From an uncultured Desulfovibrionaceae bacterium (GTDB taxonomy: Bacteria > Bacillota > Dethiobacteria > DTU022 > UBA8154), in assembly GCA_964581355.1 (NCBI GenBank), contig CAZOOA010000001.1, forward strand, positions 46,922 through 110,921: 64,000 nucleotides of DNA. The letters run 5' to 3'. Of this stretch, positions 27,995 through 38,311 are shown piece by piece. Made by a program: the position numbers and the translations under genes. Under the pieces are notes generated by a model, which was given only the letters and a program-made list of their open reading frames with translations, did no database searches and was not told the origin of the DNA. The number at the start of each line of letters is the position of its first letter. Position 1 is the stretch's first letter.

Positions 27995-28915
27995 ATGCTG
28001 CGACCAAAAGTTGATTTTTTACAATATCGTTCCAAGGGATTTCTTTTTTCCGGGATCTTGATTCTTATCGGGATTGTTTCCCTGCTGCTCAATGGCTTGA
28101 ACCTGGGCATTGATTTTACCGGGGGCACCATTTTGCACCTGCGCCTGGCTGGTGGATACCAGATGGAGGAGGTCCGGGATGTTCTTGAACCGTACGGGCT
28201 GGACGGAGTTCCGCTGCAGCGCGTGGGACGGGAAGGCGAACCTACCGGTGAGGAAGTGATCATCAAGACACCGCCTCTGGAGGAAGAGACCCGGACCGAG
28301 ATTGTCTCTACCTTCCAGGAGCGCTGGACGGAAATGACAACGGAAGACATTTTACGAGTTGATAACGTAGGGGCAGTTATCGGACAGGAGTTGACCCGGG
28401 AGGCTTTCCTTGCCCTGGCCTTGGCCGCGGCGGGAATGATCATTTATATTACCTTCCGGTTTGAGTTCAAATTTGCCCTGGCCGGTATTATTGCCCTGCT
28501 TCATGATGCCTTTATTATCATCGCTTTTTTCTCTGTTTTCCAGCTGGAAATTAACAGTCCCTTTATCGCTGCCGTGCTGACCATTATCGGCTATTCCATT
28601 AACGACACCATCGTGGTTTTTGACCGGGTCCGGGAAAACTTGAAATTCCGCCGCAAACGGACTTTGAAAGAGGTGGTCAACGACAGTATCAATGAAAACC
28701 TGGTCCGTTCGGTAAACACCTCCGTAACAACGTTGATTGTTTTGCTTTCTCTTTTTGTTGCTTTCAATTATTTCGTCGGGGGGATGGATTTACGTGTGTT
28801 TGCCCTGGCCCTGTTGGTAGGGGTATTAAGCGGCACATATTCATCTATCTTTATTGCCAGCCCTACCTGGTTTTCCTGGCGCAATAAAGATGAAAAGCAA
28901 AAAGCTGCAGCTTGA
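27995..28915 (+). CDS. secF: protein translocase subunit SecF
   Basis: The 306-aa ORF has the SecF motif GIDFTGGT. Confidence 0.9.
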   Translation: MLRPKVDFLQYRSKGFLFSGILILIGIVSLLLNGLNLGIDFTGGTILHLRLAGGYQMEEVRDVLEPYGLDGVPLQRVGREGEPTGEEVIIKTPPLEEETRTEIVSTFQERWTEMTTEDILRVDNVGAVIGQELTREAFLALALAAAGMIIYITFRFEFKFALAGIIALLHDAFIIIAFFSVFQLEINSPFIAAVLTIIGYSINDTIVVFDRVRENLKFRRKRTLKEVVNDSINENLVRSVNTSVTTLIVLLSLFVAFNYFVGGMDLRVFALALLVGVLSGTYSSIFIASPTWFSWRNKDEKQKAAA

Positions 28916-29094
28916 ACCGCTGCCAAACAGGAAAAAAAGGTTGCCGTGGCGAATTATGACACTTGAGGAAGTTTTTTTCGGCCCAGGCTCAATTTAGCTT
29001 TGCGCTAAGGCTTTGAGGCTCAGCTTTAAGGCTCAGTTGAAGCTTTTGGCCCGGGTGGGGTTTAGAAATTAGCACACTTTGGGAGGTGATCTAG

Positions 29095-29628
29095 TTGAGC
29101 CAGTTTGGAGTTATCTTGGCCCTTATTTTCAGTTTAATCATCGCCATCTTTGCCATAGCCAATAACCAGTTGATTGAAGTGAACTACCTCTACGGCAAAG
29201 CGGAAGTTTCTGCAATTGTTGTTATTTTAGGCGCTGCGATCCTGGGAGCGTTAGTGATCTTTCTGTTAAGCATGTTCCGCCAAATTCGCATGAGCTTTCA
29301 GATCCGCAGTTTGCGCAATGAATTGGAAAGCTACAAGAACAAAACCCAGGAACTGGAAAAAGAGCGGGAAAGACTTGTCACACAGGCAGACCAGTCTGTT
29401 GAGGCATCGGCCGGTGGACAGGCCGCCGTTGCACTGGGACAAGACAAGGCAGTTTCGCCGCCCCGGGAAGAGGAGACAAAGGCAGATGCTGCCGAAGAAA
29501 AATCACGGGAAGAAGGTCTCGCTTTCCAGGAGCAGTCCGAAGAAGAAGCACAGGAGGACGATCTGCCTTCTACAGAAGAAGAGGGTGCGGGCAACGATAT
29601 AGAAATTGATGACGACAAAAGATCTTGA
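29095..29628 (+). CDS. LapA-domain (DUF1049-like) small membrane protein with C-terminal coiled-coil and acidic tail
   Basis: Has two N-terminal TM helices followed by the coiled-coil RSLRNELESYKNKTQELEKERERL. Its position mirrors B. subtilis yrvD between secDF and recJ. TTG start after a GGGAGGTGA RBS. Confidence 0.5.
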   Translation: MSQFGVILALIFSLIIAIFAIANNQLIEVNYLYGKAEVSAIVVILGAAILGALVIFLLSMFRQIRMSFQIRSLRNELESYKNKTQELEKERERLVTQADQSVEASAGGQAAVALGQDKAVSPPREEETKADAAEEKSREEGLAFQEQSEEEAQEDDLPSTEEEGAGNDIEIDDDKRS

Positions 29629-29654
29629 GCAGGAAAGCGGGTTGGAAAAAGAAC

Positions 29655-32117
29655 ATGGCTGCAAGAAGACAAATTAATAAAAGCTGGTACCTGTATCCCC
29701 AGCAAAAAGAAATCAGCAACAAGTTGGCCAGGGAATTGAATGTACCGGCACCTGTAGCCCAGGTTTTAGTTAACAGGGGAATTCACACCGTCGAAGAAGG
29801 TATTGAATTTTTCAATCCCAGTCTTTCACGGCTTCATTCCCCTTTTTCCATTAAAGATATGGAGCGGGCCGTTTCCATCATCCAGGATCACCTGCAGCGA
29901 GGCTTGAAAATAGCTGTATACGGTGACTATGACGTGGACGGCATAACGTCTACCGCCCTGGTGTATAGCTATTTAAGCCGGTTGGGAGCTGATGTCACGT
30001 ATTATATCCCCAGCCGGCTGTCTGAAGGCTATGGTTTGAACAATTCTGCTCTTGAAGTGTTGAAAAGTAAGGGTGTATCCCTTATCATTACAGTAGATTG
30101 TGGTATCAGTTCAAAGGAAGAAGTTGCTTTGGCGAAAGAAATGGGTATGGAAGTGATCATTACCGATCACCATCATCCCCCGGCAAGCCTTCCCGGGGCG
30201 GGGGCCATTGTAAGCCCTCTTCAACCGGAATGCGCGTATCCTTTTAAGCACCTTAGCGGAGTTGGGGTTGCATTTAAGCTGGCCCAGGCTTTGGAAGAGA
30301 GGGTGGGCAGCACCTGTAAAGCCTGGGATTACCTGGACCTGGTTGCCCTGGGAACTGTTGCCGATGTCTGCCCGCTAATTGGCGAAAATCGAGTACTTGT
30401 CACCTTTGGGCTGAAAAAGATGGAAGAGATTCTCCGGCCGGGACTGCAGGCTCTCTGCAGCGCTGCCGGCCTGGACAGAGATACATTTACCGTTGAGGAT
30501 TTGGCCTTTATCTTTTCTCCCAGGCTTAATGTTGCAGGCCGCCTGGGGGATGCAGGCAATGCGCTGAAATTACTCCTGGCTGAATATATCGAAGAGGCTT
30601 TACCTGCAGCCCAATACCTGCACGCGGAAAATAGTCGAAGGCAAAAGCTGGAAGCAGGGATTGCTGCTGAAGCCGGTGCCCTGGCCGAAAATATCCTTGC
30701 CAGGGACCCCGAAACAAGATTCATCTTGCTGGCCCGCCAGGGATGGCACCAGGGGGTGTTGGGAATTGTTGCCAACCGTATTGCCGAGAAGTACCGTTTG
30801 CCTGCTTTACTGATAGCCCTGGAAGAAGGGGGGGTCGGCAAGGGGTCAGGGAGAAGCTCCGGTGGTTTCAACCTGGTTGAAGCCCTTGCCGGCTGCCGTT
30901 CTTTGCTGGTAGGTTTTGGAGGACATGCCTCGGCTGCAGGGTTGACGGTTAAAGAGGATCAAATTCGGGAGCTTTATCTATACCTGGATGAACAGGCGCG
31001 TCATTATTTTGCCACGGCTGATCCCGACCCGGAGCTGTTCGTTGATACAGTCATTGAGCCGGAAGAGATCAGTCCAGGGCTGGTCCGGGCCCTGGAAAAA
31101 CTGGCACCGTATGGAAATGGAAACCCTCAACCCTTTTTTTTGGGCAGCCGGTGGTTTTTGGAACAGAAAAGAGAAGTGGGAAAGGCAAAAAATCACCTGC
31201 AGTTAAAAGTGAAAAAAGGGGACCGGCTGTTTCAGGCAATTTGTTTTAATGGGAAGACCAAGCTTCAGCATGCCGACCTGCTCAGGGAGATGGACCTGGT
31301 TTTTTCCCTTACTTTCGACCGGTGGCGGGGAAATGAGGCCTTGCAGTTAGAGGTTCACCAGAGTACCTACAATGACGAATTTTCCAGTGCAACCTTTACC
31401 CTGGTGGACCGTCGGAGGGTAAAGGAGAAAAACCGTTATCTGGAAAACCTGCTGCAAAAAGAGAATACCGTTATTGTCGTGGTTAATACGAAACAAAAAC
31501 AAGAGCGGTTGGAAAAACAATTAAGCCGGTGGCCCGGACTTTATTTCAGCCACCAGGGCACAGTCCCCCCGCACTTAGTAAAGGCCGGACCGCTGCACCT
31601 GGTGCTTTATGATCTCCCTTTGCGGGAAGAAAAACTGCGCCAGTTACTTGAATATCTTCATCAACAGCGGGAACAAGAATTATTGCACATACATTTATTG
31701 TATGATGAAGAGGATTTCCAGGAAAATTTAAAACTGTTTGCTGCCACTATCCCGTCCCCGGGCTCCATTGAGCAGGTGTTTCATCTGCTTCATGAAACGG
31801 CGGGCGGTCGCTGCGTTGATCTCCAGGAAGTGAAAAGCAGCTTGAAAAAAAACCCTGTTCTTGCCGTGACTTCCTATCTATTGGACCGGTGCCTCTCTAT
31901 CCTGCAACAAACTACATATCTCGAGCAAAATGGAGATAAATATATCAATATAAGGCCAACAGAGCCAGAAGAATACTGCCAGATGTTAAAAGAAGTGGCA
32001 GCGGCGGAAAGTTTTCAGCAAGAAAGAAAGCGCTGGAAACAGTTCGTCCGATGGCAGGGATATCTCCTGGAAACTCCAGGAGCAGAAATCGCTGCTTATC
32101 TGGAGCAACAGGTATGA
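29655..32117 (+). CDS. recJ: single-stranded-DNA-specific exonuclease RecJ
   Basis: Contains DHH motifs (VYGDYDVDGITS, ITDHHHP) and a DHHA1 domain, with a long C-terminal extension typical of Firmicutes. Confidence 0.85.
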   Translation: MAARRQINKSWYLYPQQKEISNKLARELNVPAPVAQVLVNRGIHTVEEGIEFFNPSLSRLHSPFSIKDMERAVSIIQDHLQRGLKIAVYGDYDVDGITSTALVYSYLSRLGADVTYYIPSRLSEGYGLNNSALEVLKSKGVSLIITVDCGISSKEEVALAKEMGMEVIITDHHHPPASLPGAGAIVSPLQPECAYPFKHLSGVGVAFKLAQALEERVGSTCKAWDYLDLVALGTVADVCPLIGENRVLVTFGLKKMEEILRPGLQALCSAAGLDRDTFTVEDLAFIFSPRLNVAGRLGDAGNALKLLLAEYIEEALPAAQYLHAENSRRQKLEAGIAAEAGALAENILARDPETRFILLARQGWHQGVLGIVANRIAEKYRLPALLIALEEGGVGKGSGRSSGGFNLVEALAGCRSLLVGFGGHASAAGLTVKEDQIRELYLYLDEQARHYFATADPDPELFVDTVIEPEEISPGLVRALEKLAPYGNGNPQPFFLGSRWFLEQKREVGKAKNHLQLKVKKGDRLFQAICFNGKTKLQHADLLREMDLVFSLTFDRWRGNEALQLEVHQSTYNDEFSSATFTLVDRRRVKEKNRYLENLLQKENTVIVVVNTKQKQERLEKQLSRWPGLYFSHQGTVPPHLVKAGPLHLVLYDLPLREEKLRQLLEYLHQQREQELLHIHLLYDEEDFQENLKLFAATIPSPGSIEQVFHLLHETAGGRCVDLQEVKSSLKKNPVLAVTSYLLDRCLSILQQTTYLEQNGDKYINIRPTEPEEYCQMLKEVAAAESFQQERKRWKQFVRWQGYLLETPGAEIAAYLEQQV

Positions 32118-32145
32118 GCTCTTTGAGACAGAGGGGGGGTGCTTG

Positions 32146-34353
32146 ATGAGCCTGCAGCTGCTGAAAGACCGTTTTACCAACTACAACAACCGAAAAGAAG
32201 ACTGGGCACTGGTGCGTAAAGCCTATGATTTTGCGCTTAAGGCTCATTCAGGCCAAACCAGGGTCTCAGGGGACTCTTATATTATACATCCCCTGGGGGT
32301 CGCTTTGATTTTAACTGAACTGGAGCTGGATGTGGTTACGATTATTACCGGCTTGTTGCACGACGTCCTGGAGGATTCCTCGTTCACATACGATGAAATT
32401 GAACAGGAATTCGGGGAGGAAACCGCGTACCTGGTTGATGGGGTCACGAAGTTGAGCCGGATGGAGTTTCGCTCAAAGGAAGAGCACCAGGCGGAAACAT
32501 GGAGAAAGATGTTTGTGGCCATGGCCAGGGATATCAGGGTGATCCTGGTTAAGTTGGCTGACCGGACCCACAACATGCGCACCCTCAGGCACCTCAGCAT
32601 CCACAAGCAAAAGGAGATTGCCAGGGAAACCCTGGAGATTTATGCGCCTTTAGCCCATCGCCTGGGGATTTATAAGGTGAAGTGGGAGCTGGAGGACCTG
32701 GCTTTTCGCTACTTGAATACAAAAGACTATTACAACCTGGTGGAAAAGCTGGCCAAAAAGCGCAAAGAGCGGGAAGAGTTTATTAGCGAAGCCATCTCTA
32801 TTTTAAACCAACAGTTGGGTGATGCCGGAATTGATGCGGAAATTACGGGCCGTCCCAAGCATTTATACAGCATTTATACCAAAATGAAGGAGCAGGGCAA
32901 GGACTTTAACGAGATCTACGACCTGACGGCCATCCGCATTATTGTCAATACCATCAAAGATTGTTATGCAGCTCTGGGTATTGTCCACACCTTATGGAAA
33001 CCGATCCCCGGTCATTTTAATGATTATATTGCCATGCCCAAGTCCAACATGTATCAATCCCTGCACACCACTGTTGTTTTTGCAGAAAATGAGCTTTTAG
33101 AAGTACAGATCCGGACCTGGGATATGCATCGGACAGCAGAATACGGGATTGCCGCTCACTGGCGTTACAAGGAAAAAACCAGGGATGACATCGAGTTTGA
33201 AGAAAAGCTTTCCTGGTTAAGACAGCTCTTGGAGTGGCAGCAGGAATTAAAAGATGCCCACGAATTTATGGAGCATGTTAAGATTGACCTGTTCACCGAT
33301 GAAGTGTTTGTTTTTACCCCCCGGGGTGACGTGATCGATCTCCCGGCCGGCTCCATACCCCTTGACTTTGCCTACAAAATTCATACCGATATCGGAAACC
33401 ACTGTGTTGGCGCTAAGGCTAACGGCCGCATTGTTTCCCTGGATTATCAGCTCCAAACCGGGGATATTATCGAAGTTATTACCAGTAAAAGCGGGACGCC
33501 GAGCCGTGATTGGTTGAAGATGGTCAAGAGTTCCCAGGCTAAAAGCAAGATCCGGTCCTGGTTCAAGAAAGAACGCCGGGAAGAAAACATTGCCAAAGGG
33601 AAGGAAAGCCTGGATAGGGAAATTCGGCGCCTGCATCTGGATCCCAAGCTGCTGCTAAAAGAGCAGCTCTTGGAGGAAGTGGGTAAGCGCTTTAACCTGC
33701 TCTCCGTGGATGATGTTTACGCTGCTGTGGGTTATGGAGGGGTATCCGTGCAGCAGGTTATATCCAAGCTGCGAGATGAATACAAGAAGCAATACGGTGA
33801 AGAAGAGCAGCCCAAGCCGGTGGAAATCAAGCCCTGGCAGGGGGCCGCCAAGGCTGCCCATGGCGTCAAGGTCCAGGGCGTGGACAATCTGCTGGTACGT
33901 TTCTCCAAGTGCTGTAACCCCCTGCCTGGTGATGATATTGTAGGCTTTATCACCCGGGGGCGTGGCGTTTCCATTCACCGAAAAGATTGTTCCAACATCC
34001 AGGGTGTCAGCGGTGACAAGGATCGCTATATCAATGTATTTTGGGAGAGTGACAGCGACCTTTCCTATCCAGTGGAAATAGAGATAACTGCCATGGACCG
34101 GTCTAATCTTCTGGCAGAATTAATGCAGGTGGTCAGTGAAAGCAAGGTGAATATTACCGCCGTGAACGGCAGGACCACCAAGGATAAAATTGCCATTGTT
34201 CACCTGACATTCATTGTAAAAGACCTGGACCACCTGGAGTTTATCATGAACCGGGTCAAGCGGGTCAAGGATGTTTTTTCCGTCAGGCGGCATACAAGTG
34301 CTGTTTCTGACAAGGAAAAAACTTCGCGGAACAAATACCGGAAAGGTGGTTAA
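32146..34353 (+). CDS. relA: bifunctional (p)ppGpp synthetase/hydrolase Rel
   Basis: Has an HD hydrolase domain, a synthetase domain, and TGS and C-terminal ACT domains (about 735 aa). Confidence 0.9.
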   Translation: MSLQLLKDRFTNYNNRKEDWALVRKAYDFALKAHSGQTRVSGDSYIIHPLGVALILTELELDVVTIITGLLHDVLEDSSFTYDEIEQEFGEETAYLVDGVTKLSRMEFRSKEEHQAETWRKMFVAMARDIRVILVKLADRTHNMRTLRHLSIHKQKEIARETLEIYAPLAHRLGIYKVKWELEDLAFRYLNTKDYYNLVEKLAKKRKEREEFISEAISILNQQLGDAGIDAEITGRPKHLYSIYTKMKEQGKDFNEIYDLTAIRIIVNTIKDCYAALGIVHTLWKPIPGHFNDYIAMPKSNMYQSLHTTVVFAENELLEVQIRTWDMHRTAEYGIAAHWRYKEKTRDDIEFEEKLSWLRQLLEWQQELKDAHEFMEHVKIDLFTDEVFVFTPRGDVIDLPAGSIPLDFAYKIHTDIGNHCVGAKANGRIVSLDYQLQTGDIIEVITSKSGTPSRDWLKMVKSSQAKSKIRSWFKKERREENIAKGKESLDREIRRLHLDPKLLLKEQLLEEVGKRFNLLSVDDVYAAVGYGGVSVQQVISKLRDEYKKQYGEEEQPKPVEIKPWQGAAKAAHGVKVQGVDNLLVRFSKCCNPLPGDDIVGFITRGRGVSIHRKDCSNIQGVSGDKDRYINVFWESDSDLSYPVEIEITAMDRSNLLAELMQVVSESKVNITAVNGRTTKDKIAIVHLTFIVKDLDHLEFIMNRVKRVKDVFSVRRHTSAVSDKEKTSRNKYRKGG

Positions 34354-34361
34354 TTTTAGCA

Positions 34362-34811
34362 ATGCGGGCCGTTGTGCAGCGAGCAAAACAATCCAGTGTA
34401 TATGTCCATGATGAGGCCGTGGGGAGTATCGAGCAAGGAGTGGTGGTTTTTGCCGGTGTGGGGCAGGACGATACCGAAAAAGACTGCAGTTATCTGGCAG
34501 AAAAAATTGCCGGGCTCAGGGTTTTTGAAGATGCCGAGGGAAAAATGAACCGTTCCCTTCTGGATATCCAAGGCGAAGTGCTTTGCATCTCCCAGTTTAC
34601 CCTTTATGGCGATGCCCGCAAAGGGCGCAGGCCCAGCTTTATCCAGGCCGCTGAGCCGGAGCGGGCTACAGAGCTGTACAACCTGCTCTGTGAAAATCTT
34701 CGTGAAAAAGGAATCCGGGTCGCAACCGGGGTCTTCCAGGCGGAAATGAGGGTTGTGGTAGATAACGATGGCCCTGTAACCATCCTGTTGGATAGTAAGA
34801 AGCAATTCTGA
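34362..34811 (+). CDS. dtd: D-aminoacyl-tRNA deacylase
   Basis: Has the N-terminus MRAVVQRA and the SQFTLYGD motif. Confidence 0.9.
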   Translation: MRAVVQRAKQSSVYVHDEAVGSIEQGVVVFAGVGQDDTEKDCSYLAEKIAGLRVFEDAEGKMNRSLLDIQGEVLCISQFTLYGDARKGRRPSFIQAAEPERATELYNLLCENLREKGIRVATGVFQAEMRVVVDNDGPVTILLDSKKQF

Positions 34812-34972
34812 GCCAGCCGCCGCGGCCAACAGGCCCCGTGCCGGGGACAGAAACAGGTTTTCCCCCCCTTTTTCTTCTTCTTTGAACAAAGGCCCCTATT
34901 CCCGGTTCCCGGCTTGTAGGGCAAATGCCGTGGTTGCCGGGCGGCTGACCAAGCCCTGGTTCACAATTTAGC

Positions 34973-36364
34973 CTATTCCTGAAAATAGCCCAGGATGGCA
35001 TCTTTTAAAGCGTTGGCTGCCAGTTCGTGGGTCTTTTCTGTTTTAAGTATTTTGGCATCGACTGCATTGGAGAGAAAAGCCAACTCAACCAGTGCAGAAG
35101 GAGTGGTAGACTCTTTTAAGATAGTAAACTCTGCCTCTTTAACACCCAGGCAGGGGAGTTGGAATGATCGGGTTAACTCCTTTTGCAGGCTGGAGGCAAG
35201 CTCGTAGCTTTTTTCACTGTTGGTGTCCCCCGGGTGATAAAAGGTTTCGGTGCCGGAGACAAAATGGTTGGGGTGGGCATTGGCATGGATGCTGACCAAA
35301 ATATCTGCCCCGGCTTCAGACTCGATCTCCAGCCGTTGGTCCATGGATAAGTCTTTGTCCCTATCTCGGGTCAGGACCACCCGGGCGCCTTTTTCCTTTA
35401 GCTTTTCTTCCAGCAGCAGGGACACGGACAGGCACACTTCTTTTTCTTTTAGCCCGTTGATCCCGGTAGCGCCGCCGTCCCTTCCGCCATGTCCCGGGTC
35501 CAGGACAATGGTTTTACCCTGAAGATCCCGGTTTTTGTCCGGGTTTGAGCTTTGATGATCCTCCCGGAAGGAGAGGATTTCTTTTTGTTCCGTGTAATCG
35601 CTGCTGACCCAACCTTCTGCCCCTCCCGGAAGGAGTACATTGTGCCAACCCTTTTCCCGATCCAGGATTAACAGGTGGTTGCCCTGGAAGGCCTGTTCTG
35701 TTTGCTCCCGGTCCAGCCCCGGGCCGGAGCGTACCCGGAGTATTTCTGGCACTACTTTGGCCAGTTGAAAATAGGTTTCCGGTTCGGTTTTTTCTTTTTC
35801 CTGCGGTTTGTCTTTTATAACCCGGATGTATTGTTCAGAGATCCAGCCGCTTTCTTCCCCAGCCTTTACTTTCAACCAGCCTTCTTTTTCTTCTTTAACT
35901 GTTGCTTCTTTTTTTTGCGGCAATGTCCCGATCTGGTCGTAATCTGTCCCCGGTCCTGTCCTCATATTTAACAGGTTGATTTCAACTTCAGCTTCAACTT
36001 CCAAAAGGTCTGGCAGCTTGTCCTTCAGTTCCGTATTATAACTGGTGTAGGAAGCATCGACCCACCCGGAGTGCCCGCCTTCCAGTGCAACCAGGATCCA
36101 ATCCTGGTCATAAGAGTAAACTTCCAAAGACTGTCCTGATGAAACCTGCTTGATTTGCTCATAAGAAGTTGAAGGTCCGGTTCTGACGTTTAACAGGGAA
36201 GCTTCAACCTGGACGGCAGGCTGATCGAAAGTGGCTTCAGCCGACAGCGGGGCCGGGCAGAAAAGTAGCAGCAAAAATGATGTCATCAACAGGCCAATAA
36301 TGAAAGAGGTGCCGCCGGACCTGTTGAATTTCGCCTCTTTTGTATTCCTGGCATACTTGAACAT
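34973..36364 (-). CDS. N-acetylmuramoyl-L-alanine amidase (Amidase_3) with signal peptide and three SH3b domains (YrvJ-like)
   Basis: The C-terminus has the Amidase_3 motifs (DPGHGGRDGGA...HANA) and the N-terminal region has three SH3b repeats. The start at 36364 is preceded by an AGGAGG RBS. The ORF-track extension to 36496 is unlikely to be translated. Confidence 0.8.
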   Translation of the reverse strand: MFKYARNTKEAKFNRSGGTSFIIGLLMTSFLLLLFCPAPLSAEATFDQPAVQVEASLLNVRTGPSTSYEQIKQVSSGQSLEVYSYDQDWILVALEGGHSGWVDASYTSYNTELKDKLPDLLEVEAEVEINLLNMRTGPGTDYDQIGTLPQKKEATVKEEKEGWLKVKAGEESGWISEQYIRVIKDKPQEKEKTEPETYFQLAKVVPEILRVRSGPGLDREQTEQAFQGNHLLILDREKGWHNVLLPGGAEGWVSSDYTEQKEILSFREDHQSSNPDKNRDLQGKTIVLDPGHGGRDGGATGINGLKEKEVCLSVSLLLEEKLKEKGARVVLTRDRDKDLSMDQRLEIESEAGADILVSIHANAHPNHFVSGTETFYHPGDTNSEKSYELASSLQKELTRSFQLPCLGVKEAEFTILKESTTPSALVELAFLSNAVDAKILKTEKTHELAANALKDAILGYFQE

Positions 36365-36415
36365 AATCGCTAGCCTCCTGTTTGGATGAAAAGAAACGGG
36401 GATGAAAAGAATTTT

Positions 36416-36606
36416 TAGCTGATCAGCGCTATTTACAAGCGAACCTGTTGGGACCGTTCCGGCGCCTCTGGGACGCAGCACAGGCTTCAGGGACATTTCT
36501 CTGGTATTTAGCGGTGTTCCTTCATTTTTTGAATAACGGGAAAGCGCCAGTATTGCCCCACTGCTTCGCTGCGTGTCGCGTAATCACACCAGGGCGGAGC
36601 AGTAAC
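36416..36606 (+). repeat. hairpin-repeat family copy D (long-loop variant, about 191 bp) in the amidase/hisS divergent intergenic region
   Basis: Runs TAGCTGATCAGCGCTATTTACAAGCGAACC-TGTTGGGACCGTTCCGGCGCC...GGGAAAGCGCCAGTATTGCCCCACTGCTTCGCTGCG...GGGCGGAGCAGTAAC. It has the same orientation as copy E, which lies 222 bp downstream. Confidence 0.55.
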
Positions 36607-36759
36607 AAGGTTTTTATGCTTGACCTCAAAAAGTTGTCTCTTGGAAACCTGGAGGCGGCCTGCATGAATTTTAGCATATTTTAACTAATTTGCAAAGGCG
36701 ACAATTTGCCAGAAATATAGCTGCTGCGGACAAAAACCTATTCAGGAAAGATTCATAAG

Positions 36760-36789
36760 TTGACAAGGCCTGGTTAATTAGCTTAAAAT
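36760..36789 (+). promoter_or_regulatory. sigma-A promoter (TTGACA-17 bp-TTAAAAT) for hisS-aspS
   Basis: TTGACA at 36760-36765 and TAAAAT at 36784-36789. The transcript would carry repeat copy E in its 5' UTR. Confidence 0.5.
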
Positions 36790-36828
36790 CAACTTGTATC
36801 TGAACAAAAACGAAACGAATCACGGAGG

Positions 36829-36970
36829 TAATTGCTCAGAGCTATTTGCAAGTGAAGCCGTGGGGACGGTTCTGGCGCTTCCGGAGCGTAGCGGAGGACC
36901 GACAGGGAAAGCGACAGAACTGTCCCCCTGCTTCGCGGTGTGTGGTGTAGTAAGTGGGCTGAGCAGTTAC
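36829..36970 (+). mobile_element. MITE-like hairpin element copy E (142 bp) inserted at the hisS ribosome-binding site; flanked by 9-bp direct repeats TCACGGAGG / TCATGGAGG
   Basis: The TIR is TAATTGCTCAG...CTGAGCAGTTAC. The internal 25-bp imperfect stem is GAAGCCGTGGGGACGGTTCTGGCGC / GCGACAGAACTGTCCCCCTGCTTC, around the core GGAGGACCGACAGGGAAAGC. The downstream direct repeat supplies the GGAGG RBS 7 nt before the hisS ATG. Confidence 0.65.
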
Positions 36971-36986
36971 TCATGGAGGCTATCCG

Positions 36987-38267
36987 ATGAAGAATAAAGC
37001 ACCGCGCGGGACAAGAGATGTGCTGCCGGCAGACATGCCTGCCTGGCATTACCTGGAGAACGTGTTTCAAAAGCTTTGCCATGTTTACGGTTATTCCGAG
37101 ATTCGCACACCTATTTTTGAAGACGTGGAAGTTTTTACGCGAAGTGTGGGTGAGGAGAGCGATGTGGTGGCAAAAGAGATGTATACCTTCACCGATCGGG
37201 GCGGGAGGCATTTGGCTTTAAGGCCTGAGTGTACAGCCGGAGTGGCCAGGGCCTTTATCGAACATGGTTTTCATAATCAACCCCAGCCGGTAAAGCTCTA
37301 TTACCTGGGACCTATGTTCCGCTATGACCGTCCCCAGGCCGGTAGACAGCGGCAGTTTTACCAGATGGGAATCGAACTTTTTGGGTCAACGGCTCCTGCA
37401 GCCGATGTAGAGGTGATCAAGTTTACTTATGATTTTTTTCGACAGGTCGGGTTTGATCGGTTGGAGTTACATATTAACAGTGTTGGGTGTAGAAGCTGTC
37501 GGCCGACGTACCAGGAGCAGTTAAAAACTGCTATCCAGCCTTTCGCCTCCAAACTGTGTGCCGATTGTCGAAAACGCCTTGAAACCAACCCTCTCCGCTT
37601 GCTGGACTGCAAATCACCCGGCTGCCAGGAAGCATCAACCGATGCTCCCAAGATAGACCAAAGCTTATGCCAGCCCTGCCAGTCTCACTACCAGGAAGTA
37701 AAAAGCAAGCTGGACTTACTGGGCATTGATTACAAACCCGACCCATACCTGGTCAGGGGACTGGATTATTATACCCATACGGCATTTGAATTTGTTTCGA
37801 CCAAGCTGGGGACCCAGAGCTCCCTGGGAGGAGGAGGCCGTTACGATAATTTGGTGGAAGTCTGCGGCGGAAACCCGACCCCGGGCGTAGGGATGGCTGT
37901 CGGTGTGGAGCGCATTTTGCTGGCCATGGGGAAGGAAGGGATCTCCCTGCCGGCAACTGGCCTGGAAGGCGTTTATGTCGCTGCGGGAACTTCTGCCCTG
38001 CAGGAAGAAGGGACAAAGCTTTTATACCGCCTTCGCGGTGCTGGGATCAGGGCGGAAACCGATTATATGGGGCGCAGCCTTAAGTCTATGATGAAAAATG
38101 CCCATCGCGGCAGGTTCCGTTATGTGGTCATCCTGGATCAGGAAACAGAAGACCAGGGGACCTGGAAAATCAGGGATATGGGCAGCGGAGAGCAGCAGAA
38201 GTATCCTCCTGGCGCGGCGGAGCAACTATTGCTGGATGAACGGGAACAGGATGGTGCTTTAAATTAA
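36987..38267 (+). CDS. hisS: histidine--tRNA ligase
   Basis: The 426-aa ORF has class II aaRS motifs and the N-terminus MKNKAPRGTRDVLP. Confidence 0.9.
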   Translation: MKNKAPRGTRDVLPADMPAWHYLENVFQKLCHVYGYSEIRTPIFEDVEVFTRSVGEESDVVAKEMYTFTDRGGRHLALRPECTAGVARAFIEHGFHNQPQPVKLYYLGPMFRYDRPQAGRQRQFYQMGIELFGSTAPAADVEVIKFTYDFFRQVGFDRLELHINSVGCRSCRPTYQEQLKTAIQPFASKLCADCRKRLETNPLRLLDCKSPGCQEASTDAPKIDQSLCQPCQSHYQEVKSKLDLLGIDYKPDPYLVRGLDYYTHTAFEFVSTKLGTQSSLGGGGRYDNLVEVCGGNPTPGVGMAVGVERILLAMGKEGISLPATGLEGVYVAAGTSALQEEGTKLLYRLRGAGIRAETDYMGRSLKSMMKNAHRGRFRYVVILDQETEDQGTWKIRDMGSGEQQKYPPGAAEQLLLDEREQDGALN

Positions 38268-38311
38268 ACAGGGAACATGGAAGGGGGACGCAGCCAAAAG
38301 GCTGGAAACCA

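Noticed and set aside
36365-36496. N-terminal 44-aa extension of the amidase ORF
   Set aside because: An internal ATG at 36364 has a perfect AGGAGG RBS and starts a typical signal peptide. The extension would run into repeat copy D.
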